NCBI GenBank assembly: GCA_947440875.1
Contig: CANETG010000001.1
Coordinates: 1-41,255, forward strand
Source: Bacteriovoracaceae bacterium
GTDB lineage: Bacteria; Bdellovibrionota; Bacteriovoracia; Bacteriovoracales; Bacteriovoracaceae
Length of the DNA stretch: 41,255 bases
Reading direction: 5' to 3'
Part shown: piece after piece, positions 19,001-28,280 of the stretch
Numbering within the stretch: position 1 is the first letter of the stretch
Layout of the letters: every line of letters starts with the position of its first letter
The notes under the pieces: model-generated
What the model was told of the DNA's origin: nothing
Seen by the model: only the letters and a program-made list of their open reading frames with translations
Databases searched by the model: none
Program-made: the position numbers and the translations under genes

Positions 19001-19825
19001 GTCTTTAAGACCGGTCCAATCTTCACCCAGAGTTTTGTATGTATCGGCGAGAACTGAGAAGTGATCGTTCGGCATGAGCTGTCCCAGAGAACTAAGAACC
19101 TCAGGGTTCTGTTCATAGTGACCTTCGAGAACGTTCATGTTGTTTGAAGCACCGGAGGGTGCTCCGGCATTGAGTTCAAGAATCCGGAAGGGGAGGGCAG
19201 CGGGGAGCTTGTCTGTTTTCTTGGATTTAAGAATTTCTTCAAAGTTTCTTGCCTGCTCGAGGTAATCCTCGATCAAAACGAGATCAAGGCCGACGTTATC
19301 GAAGAAAGGATATTTCTTCATGTTCGGGTGATGGAGCTGTGTGAAGTAGTTCGGAGAGGTCATGATGGCGTCGATAAAAATATCTCTGATTTCGACAGGG
19401 AGTGATTTGACGAACGCAGAATCTTTAACGGATTTTGAGCCGTAGATATCCTGGATCACGCAGCGGAGTGAAACCATCAGCACCTGTGCTGCTTTTTCAA
19501 TCGTATTGAACACAGACTTCTGGAGTGGAACGATGGTCGTCGTACAGGGAACGGTAAATATTTTGTAATTCCCGTGGGCATCTGATTTTTGAAAAGTGAG
19601 ATCGCGCTTCCGAATGAATTTCGTGAGGTTTTGTGATTCTTTTAAATGCACGGAAACTTCTCGTCCGAGCAGGTTCTTCACCAGAGATTTAGAATGCGTG
19701 TAAGGAGAGCGTTTTCTCTTGGACGAGAAAATGTAGTTGGCGACATCGACTTTAACCGTTCCGATAAAACCCAGGTTTGGATTGTACGGCTCGAGTTTTT
19801 TTGATCCCCGTTTCACTTTGATCAC
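16067..19825 (-). CDS. Circularly permuted ATP-grasp type 2 ligase fused to a helical region and an HExxH peptidase-like domain
   Basis: QDIYG, VGLDLV, ILELNAGAPSG, VILPPGGMNGA, AIYSRINAD, VPGLLDA, VVKAPNLSGGSG, ADIRLWV, IVNTSKGGG follow the CP_ATPgrasp_2 motif order; AGHEVIH near aa 1032; ends NQTQQQQ; GTG start with GAGG RBS. Confidence 0.8.
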   Translation of the reverse strand: MIKVKRGSKKLEPYNPNLGFIGTVKVDVANYIFSSKRKRSPYTHSKSLVKNLLGREVSVHLKESQNLTKFIRKRDLTFQKSDAHGNYKIFTVPCTTTIVPLQKSVFNTIEKAAQVLMVSLRCVIQDIYGSKSVKDSAFVKSLPVEIRDIFIDAIMTSPNYFTQLHHPNMKKYPFFDNVGLDLVLIEDYLEQARNFEEILKSKKTDKLPAALPFRILELNAGAPSGASNNMNVLEGHYEQNPEVLSSLGQLMPNDHFSVLADTYKTLGEDWTGLKDGIQVILPPGGMNGAAPEIHNLAAYSGLVYADPVQLFQDEKGYIRLRTINGSNPIVTAIYSRINADSALFDVEKGIILRDADTNEPIYLRDSLKLGKDGEAPFVLDVNGKPIPLQSDYAVPGLLDAILNHRIYMGGLNRILDNKIILAALTTYAPKFFAPKIKELGLDMRGPRICPPETLPPKIESVAIIESNPEEWVVKAPNLSGGSGIYIMKTMSEQAKKEVLNTIRKSPSQFAYQKLVKIARIPVAMKDKEGTRFANLAADIRLWVFYGGGAKALPKMTHNALVRYAPEERGPMSSIVNTSKGGGYAPFVVVDDVGTSGSVSAADFIKSKAPVPMQTHLPMFVAAQLIQVSRLATEIMNHLRHGTGDSYILLGLALSLKTQCREVLSFMNPRAIEPVYKLIDLLESKQASRAIAAYFEKVNINQINLVTSLQKLESRNKLPRGFREKMDELLVLDMDIIYQNYNSDNQKHDLKILKELKVLCDEKSGGDKLLANEYQIVLRILKSSIEAKFSREAIKGKSAQNLLKLMNSFMTIVRERMQNSEKAIEFAKLFNTDTTHPELKFETFGLGEMSLLKTENFLTASQNEFATGELLIESNYIPADIKAARQAWMKIEIESKKIEAGKRTAFLSKKREAHFAAFPMLARMNDIMRSKKVSVEELIELMPAMPYAKYNLEMFAKKQGCTLAEIFTRELTPNKISILSSRKILENHLSAQDHAGECFAKKRKSHGLFSDSDIFIWVRKELDPLTQIYTAGHEVIHFHQIEETTKMEAKALSDGAIAQAYFLNFYGNFLGISAASLEGLSVDISVERQPLYGLADRIIPFFYSNLVTEVRTGINKDRDAYEKVLNKYGSLFGYMMPNSNQVKVKALQEVIPALENAKNISFARELGLEIGWDEVRSALPSANDKQLKAYGPKILRAIKKAHPDYEALTAIGNHQFYGVSFSRKLDLEKTITLRPILSTISLGNSYNQTQQQQ

Positions 19826-20081
19826 AACAACCTCTCAGAAATAGACCTAGTTTTGATATGGAGTTTAGCTCATGAGATTTCTGCTTTGCGCTGTGAGCGC
19901 GGTTTATTGTAAAACCTACAAAGCTGTCATCTCTTTCAACACTTTTCCCTGTGCCCGACACTGCAAATCGCGGGACAACTTCTTTTGTGTGGAAATTTGA
20001 GTACTTAACTTCTAAGCGATGTCTTTTTTGTGACTAATTGACTAGCTTTTGGGCATTTTGGGACAGGCCAAGATATGGGAA

Positions 20082-21512
20082 TTAAAGGAGTATTTGTTGA
20101 GGGAAAGCTATCACAATCTTACTTCCTGGGCCTGTCTTGGGCCCGAGTGTGAGATTGGCCTCGTGAAGCTCGGCAATACTTTGAACGATGGAGAGTCCAA
20201 TTCCCGTTCCGGGAAGGGTAATTCCTTCGCCGCGCTTAAAGCGTCCTTGGGTGATGGTCGTCCAAGTTTCTTGAGAGAGTCCTGGTCCTTCATCGGAGAT
20301 CGAAACTTCAATTCTTGAATCGATTTTTTCTACATCAATCATCACCACACTTTCAGGTGGAGAGTATTTGACCGCATTTTCCAGAATGTTTTCAAACATG
20401 GCATCGAGGAGTTGCCGATCACCTTTGACGAGGAGTGAATCATCCCGCAAGCTCTCGCCGATATTGAAGCGAATATTCATTTTCTTTTTGCGCGCAAGTC
20501 CTGAAAGCCTGGAGCTTGTGTGTAAAAGAATTTCATCCACTCTCAGGTGCCTCATTACGAAGGCTTCACTGCCGCCCTCGACCCTGGAAATGAGGAGCAA
20601 TTTTTTAACGAGTTCAATTAATCGTTCGAGCTCTTCTCGGAGCGACTTTCGAAACTTTACTACGTCTTCAGTTGTACTCTCCTTTGACTCCAAAATGTCG
20701 AGCTCACCTTTGATGATAGAAAGGGGAGTATTCAGCTGGTGAGACGCGTTTGCGACGAAATTTTCCTGAGCTCTGAAGGATTTCTCAAGCCGCTCAAGAA
20801 GTTTATTAAAAGTGCGAGCGAGCTCTGCCATTTCATCTTCTGTATCTACTTCGGGAACTCGTTGCGAAAGATTCTCTGCTGCAATCGTTCGCGCGGTCTC
20901 AGTGAGTAGTCGCACAGGCCCCAGCGCATTCCCAGCGATGAGATAGGCGGCGATGCTCGAAAGAATGAGAATGAAAGGAATGGTGAGAAGATTCATGAGA
21001 AGCAGGCGCTCTTTTTGCTCGGTCAAAAGTTGAGACGGAGTGGCCACCTGAAGAATTCTTTCCACTCCTTCAGCGTTGGTCATTTTAATATTCACTGCTT
21101 GGTAATCTTTTTTCAGATGGCGAAGGGAAATGAAGCGGTGAGTGTAGTCAGGGCTTTTTGCGAGTTGCTCCAGGTACGGAATACTCAATCCGGACGGCGT
21201 TTCATTGTCTGTGCCGATAATTTCTCCGTCTATCGACCGAAGAACATAGAGAGTTGATCCAATGGAGAAAGGAAAGGATTTATTTTTTTCATAATCGGGA
21301 ACTTTGAGCTTTGTCCCAAAACCCGGAGTGAGTGTGTCACTTCGAGCGATATCAACGGCAAAGTTTAACAGAGCGGCGTCGAAATCTTGCTTTAATAAAT
21401 CCATGTACTGGGCGGAAAGAATATAAGCGAAAATACAAATAAAAAATCCGAACAGTGACGAATAAACAAGCGTGAGCCGAAATCGAAGACCTTTGAAAAA
21501 CTTCGTCTTCAT
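20082..21512 (-). CDS. HAMP-domain sensor histidine kinase (CusS/CzcS-like architecture)
   Basis: Two TM segments, HAMP, FVANASHQLNTPL, NILENAVKY, DEGPG, GTGIGLSIV. Confidence 0.9.
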   Translation of the reverse strand: MKTKFFKGLRFRLTLVYSSLFGFFICIFAYILSAQYMDLLKQDFDAALLNFAVDIARSDTLTPGFGTKLKVPDYEKNKSFPFSIGSTLYVLRSIDGEIIGTDNETPSGLSIPYLEQLAKSPDYTHRFISLRHLKKDYQAVNIKMTNAEGVERILQVATPSQLLTEQKERLLLMNLLTIPFILILSSIAAYLIAGNALGPVRLLTETARTIAAENLSQRVPEVDTEDEMAELARTFNKLLERLEKSFRAQENFVANASHQLNTPLSIIKGELDILESKESTTEDVVKFRKSLREELERLIELVKKLLLISRVEGGSEAFVMRHLRVDEILLHTSSRLSGLARKKKMNIRFNIGESLRDDSLLVKGDRQLLDAMFENILENAVKYSPPESVVMIDVEKIDSRIEVSISDEGPGLSQETWTTITQGRFKRGEGITLPGTGIGLSIVQSIAELHEANLTLGPKTGPGSKIVIAFPQQILL

Positions 21513-22183
21513 TCAGTTTTTTGAAGAACGTATCCCTGACCCACCACCGTTTTTAAAATTTTTCGGGCAAAAGGATTATCAATCTTTTTTCTGAGATGGT
21601 TGATGTAAACGTCGATGACGTTCGAGTCAGGATCAAATTCCGTTCCCCAAACTTGGCGAGCAATCAGATTCCGGTCTACCACTTTATCAAGGTGGCGCAT
21701 GAAAAACTCAAGGAGAGAGAATTCTTTTGTCGTGAGTTCCACTCTGATTCCTTCACGACTTACTTCCCGAGAAATGAGGTCCATCACGAGGCTTCCGTTT
21801 TGGAGTCGTGATTTTGAATCTGCCTTCCGTCTGGCGAGTGCTCGGATGCGGGCCAGGAGTTCTCCGAATTCAAATGGCTTGGTGAGATAGTCATCGGCAC
21901 CGGAATCGAGCCCCGCTATTTTATCTAAGGTTGTTGACAGAGCAGTGAGCATGAGAATGAATCCGGTCCAACCGGAGGATCGAATCTCTTTGGCGAATTC
22001 AGTTCCTGTCGTTCCTGGAAGCATCACATCTAAAATGATCAGATCAAATTTCTGTGAGCGCATAATAATCCGTGCTGCCTCAGGAGATTCGGCCGCCTCA
22101 ACTTTGTAACCTGAGTGAAGGAGACCTTCTTTAATGAGTGCCAGAACTTTTTTTTCATCTTCCACTATCAGGATGTTCTGCAT
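21509..22183 (-). CDS. OmpR-family response regulator (CusR/CzcR-like)
   Basis: ILIVEDE, LDVMLPG, GADDYLTKPF, LTTKEFSLL, SNVIDVYINHLRKKID, TVVGQGY. Confidence 0.92.
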   Translation of the reverse strand: MQNILIVEDEKKVLALIKEGLLHSGYKVEAAESPEAARIIMRSQKFDLIILDVMLPGTTGTEFAKEIRSSGWTGFILMLTALSTTLDKIAGLDSGADDYLTKPFEFGELLARIRALARRKADSKSRLQNGSLVMDLISREVSREGIRVELTTKEFSLLEFFMRHLDKVVDRNLIARQVWGTEFDPDSNVIDVYINHLRKKIDNPFARKILKTVVGQGYVLQKTE

Positions 22184-22336
22184 CGGAGTCCTTTGGTATG
22201 AGAAATCTTAGCGCTCACAGATGCGAGGTACAAGTTAAAATAAGTTCATCTCCGAATGAAATGCACGGTTTTCTCTTCAGGGAAAATTTACCCTGACACC
22301 GTGGAACAATTTGTGACCAGACGGATAGAATCGTCC

Positions 22337-23812
22337 ATGGATAAAGAGTTCCTCCTCATTTCTCTTCTTGTTAGTCTGGTTCTCATCATCAGTGTTTTTG
22401 CCAGCAAGGCGACTTCACGATTCGGTGTTCCGATTCTTCTCATTTTCATTGGCATTGGAATGCTTCTCGGAACCGATGGTCTCGGGGTCGTTCATTTTAA
22501 TGACTATGCAGCCACAAATCTCTTCGGAACATTTGCTCTTATTTTTATTCTTTTTGCGGGTGGATTTTCCAGTCAGCCCAAGATCCTAAGACCAATCTGG
22601 AAAGAGGGAGTGATTCTTGCCACGTTCGGAGTCTTTCTGACGACATTTTTCATGACCTGTCTCATTCATTACACCATGAATTGGAACTGGCTCACCTCCG
22701 CGATTCTTTCTGCTGCCGTTTCCTCGACGGATGCTGCGTCTGTGTTTGGCATTCTCCGGACTCAGAAAATGGAGATCCGATCGAAAATAAGATCTCTCGT
22801 AGAACTTGAAAGTGGAAGCAATGATCCAATGTCAGTCGTGATTCTCCTTCTCCTCATTCAGTTTTCAAAATCTCCGGGAGAAGCGACTTTTTTTTCCATT
22901 GCTCAGAATTTTTTTGTTCAGGTCTCTCTCGGTGGACTGGCGGGGTGGTTTCTGGCCAAACTTTTAGTCCGACTTATCAATTGGCTGAAGCTCGAATTCG
23001 AGGGACTTTATCCCGTTCTCACCATGTCTGGGATTGTCTGCATTTATGCTTTGACCGAGTACTGCGGTGGCAATGGGTTCCTCGCCGTTTTTATCGCCGG
23101 CCTTTCTTTAAGCGGTGATAAATTTCTTTCCAAAAAAGCTCTCCTCGTTTTCCATGACGGACTGTCTTGGCTCATGCAAGTGGGGATGTTTTTAACCCTC
23201 GGACTTCTCGTCACTCCAAGTGAGCTTAACGGAGTGATCAATCATTCGATTGTTTTTGCCGTCGCTTTGATTTTTATCGCAAGGCCCTTTGCTGTGCTCA
23301 TGTGTCTCATTCCTTTTGGGTACCGAAACCTACGTGAACTCGCCTTCATCATTTGGGGGGGCCTCAAGGGGGCAGTGGCGATTGTTTTGGCGACTCATCT
23401 TTTGATGGAAGACATTCCCTACGCCAAAATTATGTTCAATGTTATTTTCATCATCGTGATCATCTCGATGGCGCTGCAAGGGTCATCCATCGGATGGATT
23501 GCGAGAATCCTAGGGATTTGTGTACCGAAGTCTTCCGCTAGCTGTTTTAAACCTTACGAATTGGTGAGAAAAACAATTGAGTTCATCGAGTTCGAAATTC
23601 CCTTAAGCTCGACCCTTGCGGGGCGGGCCATTTTTGAGCTCAAACTCCCCCAAGACGTGCTGATCGTTCTTGTCCACCGGGATGACGACGATTTTATCCC
23701 AGAAGGGAACACCGAGTTGTGCGAGCATGACCGAATCGTTTGTCTCGTGAATCGTCATGCCATCCCAGAAATGAAACATCTTCTCGAGGCGTCTCAGGTG
23801 ATTCAGTCATAG
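22337..23812 (+). CDS. cvrA: K+/H+ antiporter NhaP2/CvrA with C-terminal TrkA-C domain
   Basis: SSTDAASVF, ELESGSNDP, GGNGFLAV, MFLTLGLLVTP, GLKGAVAIVLA; C-terminal LIVLVHR...IPEGNT. Confidence 0.88.
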   Translation: MDKEFLLISLLVSLVLIISVFASKATSRFGVPILLIFIGIGMLLGTDGLGVVHFNDYAATNLFGTFALIFILFAGGFSSQPKILRPIWKEGVILATFGVFLTTFFMTCLIHYTMNWNWLTSAILSAAVSSTDAASVFGILRTQKMEIRSKIRSLVELESGSNDPMSVVILLLLIQFSKSPGEATFFSIAQNFFVQVSLGGLAGWFLAKLLVRLINWLKLEFEGLYPVLTMSGIVCIYALTEYCGGNGFLAVFIAGLSLSGDKFLSKKALLVFHDGLSWLMQVGMFLTLGLLVTPSELNGVINHSIVFAVALIFIARPFAVLMCLIPFGYRNLRELAFIIWGGLKGAVAIVLATHLLMEDIPYAKIMFNVIFIIVIISMALQGSSIGWIARILGICVPKSSASCFKPYELVRKTIEFIEFEIPLSSTLAGRAIFELKLPQDVLIVLVHRDDDDFIPEGNTELCEHDRIVCLVNRHAIPEMKHLLEASQVIQS

Positions 23813-23827
23813 TTTTTTTGGGAAAAA

Positions 23828-23904
23828 TGGTAGCGACGGGCAGAGTTGAACTGCCGACCCCAGCGTTATGAATGCTGTGCTCTCACCAACTGAGCTACGT
23901 CGCC
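23828..23904 (-). tRNA. tRNA with CAT anticodon (elongator Met most likely; Ile2 not excluded)
   Basis: GGCGACGTAGCTCAGTTGGTGAGAGCACAGCATTCATAACGCTGGGGTCGGCAGTTCAACTCTGCCCGTCGCTACCA; 77-nt cloverleaf, encoded CCA, lacks initiator features. Confidence 0.95.
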
Positions 23905-23923
23905 ACATCAGAAAAGTGATGAC

Positions 23924-23953
23924 ATCCTAATTGTTTAACAGCGATGATGTCAA
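23924..23953 (-). promoter_or_regulatory. Putative sigma70 promoter for the tRNA
   Basis: TTGACA-N18-TAGGAT on the minus strand, about 20 nt upstream of the tRNA. Confidence 0.55.
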
Positions 23954-23986
23954 TAACAATTGCTTGTATTTAGAAGACGTTACCTC

Positions 23987-25330
23987 ATGAAAAAACTAAA
24001 TCCGCACGAATTTCAATCACTTTTTTTTAAGCATGTTCATCGATTTCTCTCTTCCGTCATGAGACCCGATCAGTTGACTCGTCATCATGTCATCGCGGTC
24101 TCCGGCGGCCGCGATTCGATGACTCTGCTCTGGGTTGCCCATCAGCTTCAGAGAGAGGAAAAAATTGGGCCAATCAGAGCGATTTTTATTCACCACCATA
24201 CTCGGCCTTCTCAGGATTTGGATCAGGCACTCGTCGAAGACTTCTGTTTTAGGACAAAAATTTCTCTCACGGTTCTCCACGCAAGAGGCCTAGAAAAAAA
24301 AGCCGGGAATTTTGAAGAAAGGGCACGCCTTATACGACGAGAACTGCTTCTTGACTGCTTGAGTCAAGACGAGTACCTCTGGCTTGGGCACCATCTGAAT
24401 GATTCTTACGAGTGGGCGATCATGCAAAGGAATCGCTCTTCACGCCTGAAAACAACTTTGGGAATACCAGTTCGTAACGGGAAAATTGTTCGACCTTTTC
24501 TTTGTGTGTCGAGAAAACAAATTGAATCTCTCTCCCGCTTTCAAAAAATTCCTTTTCGCGAAGATGCCACGAATCTTGATCTTCATTTTGATCGAAATTT
24601 TGTTCGCCATGAAGTCGTGAAAAAAATTTCAGAGCGTTTTCCGCAGCACCTTAAGCATTATGTGAACATTTCTAATCAAGCATCGATCTCAATGAATGCC
24701 AATATCATGAAGAATGGATCGGTCAGGGATGTTTTTTCCTACGAGGAGGGAGCCGTTCTCATCGGACAAAAGTTCGACATCGTTCAGATTCAAGAGCTCA
24801 TGCACACTTACTCCAACACTGATCGAGGAGAACTGGTCAGCCCAATTGGAAGGATGCTAGATGCCATTAGAAACGGAAAGAAAGGGCCATTTCAATTCAG
24901 TGGGGGTCTAGAGGCTTACCACACGCATATTCTTCTGATGATTTATCACAAAAAAATGAAAAACTCTGATGAGTCGATCGCCAAAGTTCTTAAAACACTT
25001 TCCACTGAAACATTGGAGAAAATTGCCACATTTCAACTAAGAGAGCTTGAAACATCCTTTCAAAACTTCTTAAAAGACCCGAAAGCCATGGACAACATGC
25101 CGGGTCTCGTACTGGTGATTGAAAATAATAACATTTGTAAAACCCTCGGTACTTCAGTCTACGATGCGCGTTTTCCTGAGGTATCGCGCATTTGTCAGGA
25201 GCACGGGCTGCGTTTTATCACTTATACAAAGTGTTTAGAGCGTTGGCACTTGCGTCGCCAAAACTTGCCTGAAAGACTCTGTCTCCTTCCGCTCTGGAAC
25301 CTTTCCCATCTCTTTTCTTCCCAACAATAG
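23987..25330 (+). CDS. tilS: tRNA(Ile)-lysidine synthetase (divergent)
   Basis: PP-loop AVSGGRDS, HHHTR, GHHLND, RPFL, EDATN, RNFVRH; sits upstream of ftsH. Confidence 0.88.
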   Translation: MKKLNPHEFQSLFFKHVHRFLSSVMRPDQLTRHHVIAVSGGRDSMTLLWVAHQLQREEKIGPIRAIFIHHHTRPSQDLDQALVEDFCFRTKISLTVLHARGLEKKAGNFEERARLIRRELLLDCLSQDEYLWLGHHLNDSYEWAIMQRNRSSRLKTTLGIPVRNGKIVRPFLCVSRKQIESLSRFQKIPFREDATNLDLHFDRNFVRHEVVKKISERFPQHLKHYVNISNQASISMNANIMKNGSVRDVFSYEEGAVLIGQKFDIVQIQELMHTYSNTDRGELVSPIGRMLDAIRNGKKGPFQFSGGLEAYHTHILLMIYHKKMKNSDESIAKVLKTLSTETLEKIATFQLRELETSFQNFLKDPKAMDNMPGLVLVIENNNICKTLGTSVYDARFPEVSRICQEHGLRFITYTKCLERWHLRRQNLPERLCLLPLWNLSHLFSSQQ

Positions 25331-25346
25331 AGGCCTCCTCTATAAT
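25318..25346 (+). promoter_or_regulatory. Possible internal promoter for ftsH
   Basis: TTCCCA-N17-TATAAT, about 40 nt before the ftsH ATG. Confidence 0.35.
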
Positions 25347-25387
25347 CTAAGGAGCCCTTTCAGGGCGACAACGAAAAAAGGTTTACC

Positions 25388-27292
25388 ATGAAGAAACAAC
25401 AGAAAACACTTTTGCTTTGGATTGTCGTGATTCTCATCATGGCATTCGTCATGAAAGTTCTTGAGCAGAAAACAGTCAGCGCAAAAAATATTAAGTTCTC
25501 GCAGTTCATCACTGCAGTAGAAGGTGGACACGTTCGCGAAGTTACTTTCCAAGGCGAGAATGTGATCCAAGGGAAATTCAAAGAGGGCTATGAAAATGGC
25601 ACTTACTTTGAAACAACAGGGAACACTGGAGACGCCACTTTCAATATTCTGAGAGGCAAGGGAATTACTCCCGATTACAAACGCGAAGAGAAACAAGGCT
25701 TCCTCGCCACATTGTTAATCAACTGGCTTCCGATGATTCTTCTTTTCCTTTTCTTTTTCTTCTTCCTTCGCCAGCTCCAGGCCGGTGGGGGAAAGGCCAT
25801 GAGCTTCGGAAAATCGAAGGCCAAGATGCTCACTGAAAATGATAAGAAAATTATTTTCACCGACGTCGCTGGTGTGGAAGAGGCCAAAGAAGAACTGGTG
25901 GAAATCGTCGACTTCTTAAAAGATCCAAAAAAATACACGACTCTCGGAGGAAAAATTCCTAAAGGATGTCTCCTCGTCGGTCCTCCAGGAACTGGTAAAA
26001 CCCTCCTTGCCCGCGCCGTCGCCGGTGAAGCAGGAGTTCCGTTCTTCTCTATCTCTGGCTCGGACTTTGTTGAAATGTTTGTTGGTGTGGGTGCTTCCCG
26101 CGTCCGCGATCTTTTCGAACAAGGAAAAAAACACGCCCCTTGTATCATCTTCATTGATGAAATCGATGCCGTCGGTCGCCACCGTGGTGCTGGGATGGGC
26201 GGGGGACACGATGAGCGCGAGCAAACCTTGAACCAACTCCTCGTGGAAATGGATGGGTTCGAAGGAAACGACGGCGTTATCATCATGGCCGCGACAAACA
26301 GAATGGATGTTCTCGATCCCGCACTCCTTCGTCCCGGTCGTTTCGATCGTCGCGTGACTGTTGGTCGTCCAGACGTTCGTGGTCGTCATCAGATTCTTAA
26401 AGTCCACACTCGGAAAACTCCACTGGCGGGAGATATTGATCTGGAAGTGATCGCCAAAGGAACACCCGGATTTACTGGGGCAGACCTCGCCAACTTAGTC
26501 AACGAAGCGGCACTCCTGGCTGCTCGAGACGGCAAGAAAGCGCTCGCGATGATTGATTTTGAAAACGCGAAAGATAAAGTGATGATGGGTGTTGCTCGTA
26601 AGTCGATGATGATCTCTGAAAAAGAGAAGCGTCTGACGGCGTATCACGAAGCAGGTCACACTCTGGTTGGGATGAACCTTCCGCACACGGACCCGATTCA
26701 CAAAGTGTCGATCATTCCACGCGGCCAGGCCCTTGGTGTGACGATGACTTTACCAAATGAAGACATGCTCAATCTTTCTAAAGAGAAGGGCGAGAACTTC
26801 ATTTCCTTCCTGATGGGAGGTCGAGTCGCCGAAGAGATCGTTTATGGTGAAATGACCAATGGTGCTTCTAATGACATCGAGCGCGCCACCGAACTTGCTA
26901 GAAACATGGTTTGTAACTGGGGGATGTCGGACAGACTGGGCCCAATTAACTATACCAAGCAGAATCAGGGCATGATGTACGGCGGAGAATCAGTCTCGTT
27001 TTCGGATGAAACATCTCGCAAAATTGATTCTGAAATCGTTCTCTTCGTTCAGAAAAATTACGAAGTCGCAAAAAACATTCTTCAGGCAAATATCGATGCT
27101 CTTCATCGTGTCGCCGAGGCACTCGTTATTTGGGAAACGCTTGATGCTGAGCAGATCAAGAACATCGTTAATGGTCTCGATATCGGTAAACCTGAGATGA
27201 CTAAGAAGCCGACGGACGTTCCACCAGCGGGAACTGCGGCAGCTCCTGCAACTGGTAGCGGAATTTTCGGTGCCAAACCAACTCCAGCTTAA
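25388..27292 (+). CDS. ftsH: ATP-dependent zinc metalloprotease FtsH
   Basis: Two TMs, [35 protein letters not shown]. Confidence 0.98.
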   Translation: MKKQQKTLLLWIVVILIMAFVMKVLEQKTVSAKNIKFSQFITAVEGGHVREVTFQGENVIQGKFKEGYENGTYFETTGNTGDATFNILRGKGITPDYKREEKQGFLATLLINWLPMILLFLFFFFFLRQLQAGGGKAMSFGKSKAKMLTENDKKIIFTDVAGVEEAKEELVEIVDFLKDPKKYTTLGGKIPKGCLLVGPPGTGKTLLARAVAGEAGVPFFSISGSDFVEMFVGVGASRVRDLFEQGKKHAPCIIFIDEIDAVGRHRGAGMGGGHDEREQTLNQLLVEMDGFEGNDGVIIMAATNRMDVLDPALLRPGRFDRRVTVGRPDVRGRHQILKVHTRKTPLAGDIDLEVIAKGTPGFTGADLANLVNEAALLAARDGKKALAMIDFENAKDKVMMGVARKSMMISEKEKRLTAYHEAGHTLVGMNLPHTDPIHKVSIIPRGQALGVTMTLPNEDMLNLSKEKGENFISFLMGGRVAEEIVYGEMTNGASNDIERATELARNMVCNWGMSDRLGPINYTKQNQGMMYGGESVSFSDETSRKIDSEIVLFVQKNYEVAKNILQANIDALHRVAEALVIWETLDAEQIKNIVNGLDIGKPEMTKKPTDVPPAGTAAAPATGSGIFGAKPTPA

Positions 27293-28016
27293 TCTTAAAC
27301 GAATGGGGGTGATGAACATCACCCCCAATTCTTTTTCCGATGGCGGAGAGTATGACCTCTCTTGTCTTTTACAGAATATCGATTGTTGGGATATCGGAGC
27401 TGAGTCCACGGCGCCTCAGAATTCTCCCATCACTTCTGATGAAGAGTGGGCGAGACTCGAAAAATATCTTACCAAACTTCTCCAAGTCCCACTCCTTTCC
27501 CTTGATACTTATCATCCCGAAACTATTTTCCGCATGTCCTCGCTCCGAAAAAATCTCATCTGGAATGACGTCTCCGGAAAGTTTGATCAGCACGTGGAGA
27601 ATTTTCTTTCGCTGGATTCCACTTTTCAGTACGTCCTCTGTCACAATCACGCGCCCACTCGCGAACTCTCCGGAAAACACATGGATTACGTCCAAGGGAC
27701 AACTCTCGAGTCACTCACGGCATTTTTTTTAAAATACAAACACCCCCGGGTCATCTTTGATCCCTGTCTCGGATTCTCTAAAACCTATGAAGAGAACTGG
27801 ATGATCCTCGAGCACATGGGTGAGCTTCAAAAACGCGTGGGCCACAAACGCTGGCTCATCGGATTTTCGCGCAAATCGTTTCTCCGAAAGAAGTTTGGCC
27901 TGTCACTTGAGAACCGAGAAGAGCTCGATCAAAAACACGTTCAGATTCTTTCAGAAGTTTTGGCGGATATGCAGGGGGAAGTGTGGGTGAGAACTCACCG
28001 ACCTGATTTATTATGA
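27270..28016 (+). CDS. folP: Dihydropteroate synthase (short, divergent; alternative start ATG 27303)
   Basis: [49 protein letters not shown]; ftsH-folP order. Confidence 0.88.
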   Translation: MPNQLQLNLKRMGVMNITPNSFSDGGEYDLSCLLQNIDCWDIGAESTAPQNSPITSDEEWARLEKYLTKLLQVPLLSLDTYHPETIFRMSSLRKNLIWNDVSGKFDQHVENFLSLDSTFQYVLCHNHAPTRELSGKHMDYVQGTTLESLTAFFLKYKHPRVIFDPCLGFSKTYEENWMILEHMGELQKRVGHKRWLIGFSRKSFLRKKFGLSLENREELDQKHVQILSEVLADMQGEVWVRTHRPDLL

Positions 28017-28280
28017 AAACGAATGAATTTGGTTCATCGTTTTGATGATCATCTGTTGATTGGGAGAGAATTTGAGATCAATAGTAGGACGAATTTCTTT
28101 TTGAGATTCGAGTTTTTTTACTTCAACGAAAAGTCGAGATCCATTTCCGCTGCCGTGACCCTTTTTCACTCCGTCTTTAAAGGTGGTGCAAAAGCGCTGA
28201 TAGTTTTTCTTCGAAAGGCACTCAACCGAATAAAGTGAGTTTTGATCGGAACAATTTTTTGTTTTTTCGGTGCTGACCAT
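28011..28280 (-). CDS. Possible small hypothetical protein
   Basis: About 89-aa ORF from ATG 28280 filling the gap convergent to folP; no motif. Confidence 0.4.
   Translation of the reverse strand: MVSTEKTKNCSDQNSLYSVECLSKKNYQRFCTTFKDGVKKGHGSGNGSRLFVEVKKLESQKEIRPTIDLKFSPNQQMIIKTMNQIHSFS

Noticed and set aside
20082-23904. Genomic island integrated at the tRNA 3' end
   Set aside because: No integrase and no duplicated tRNA 3' (att) sequence seen in the window.
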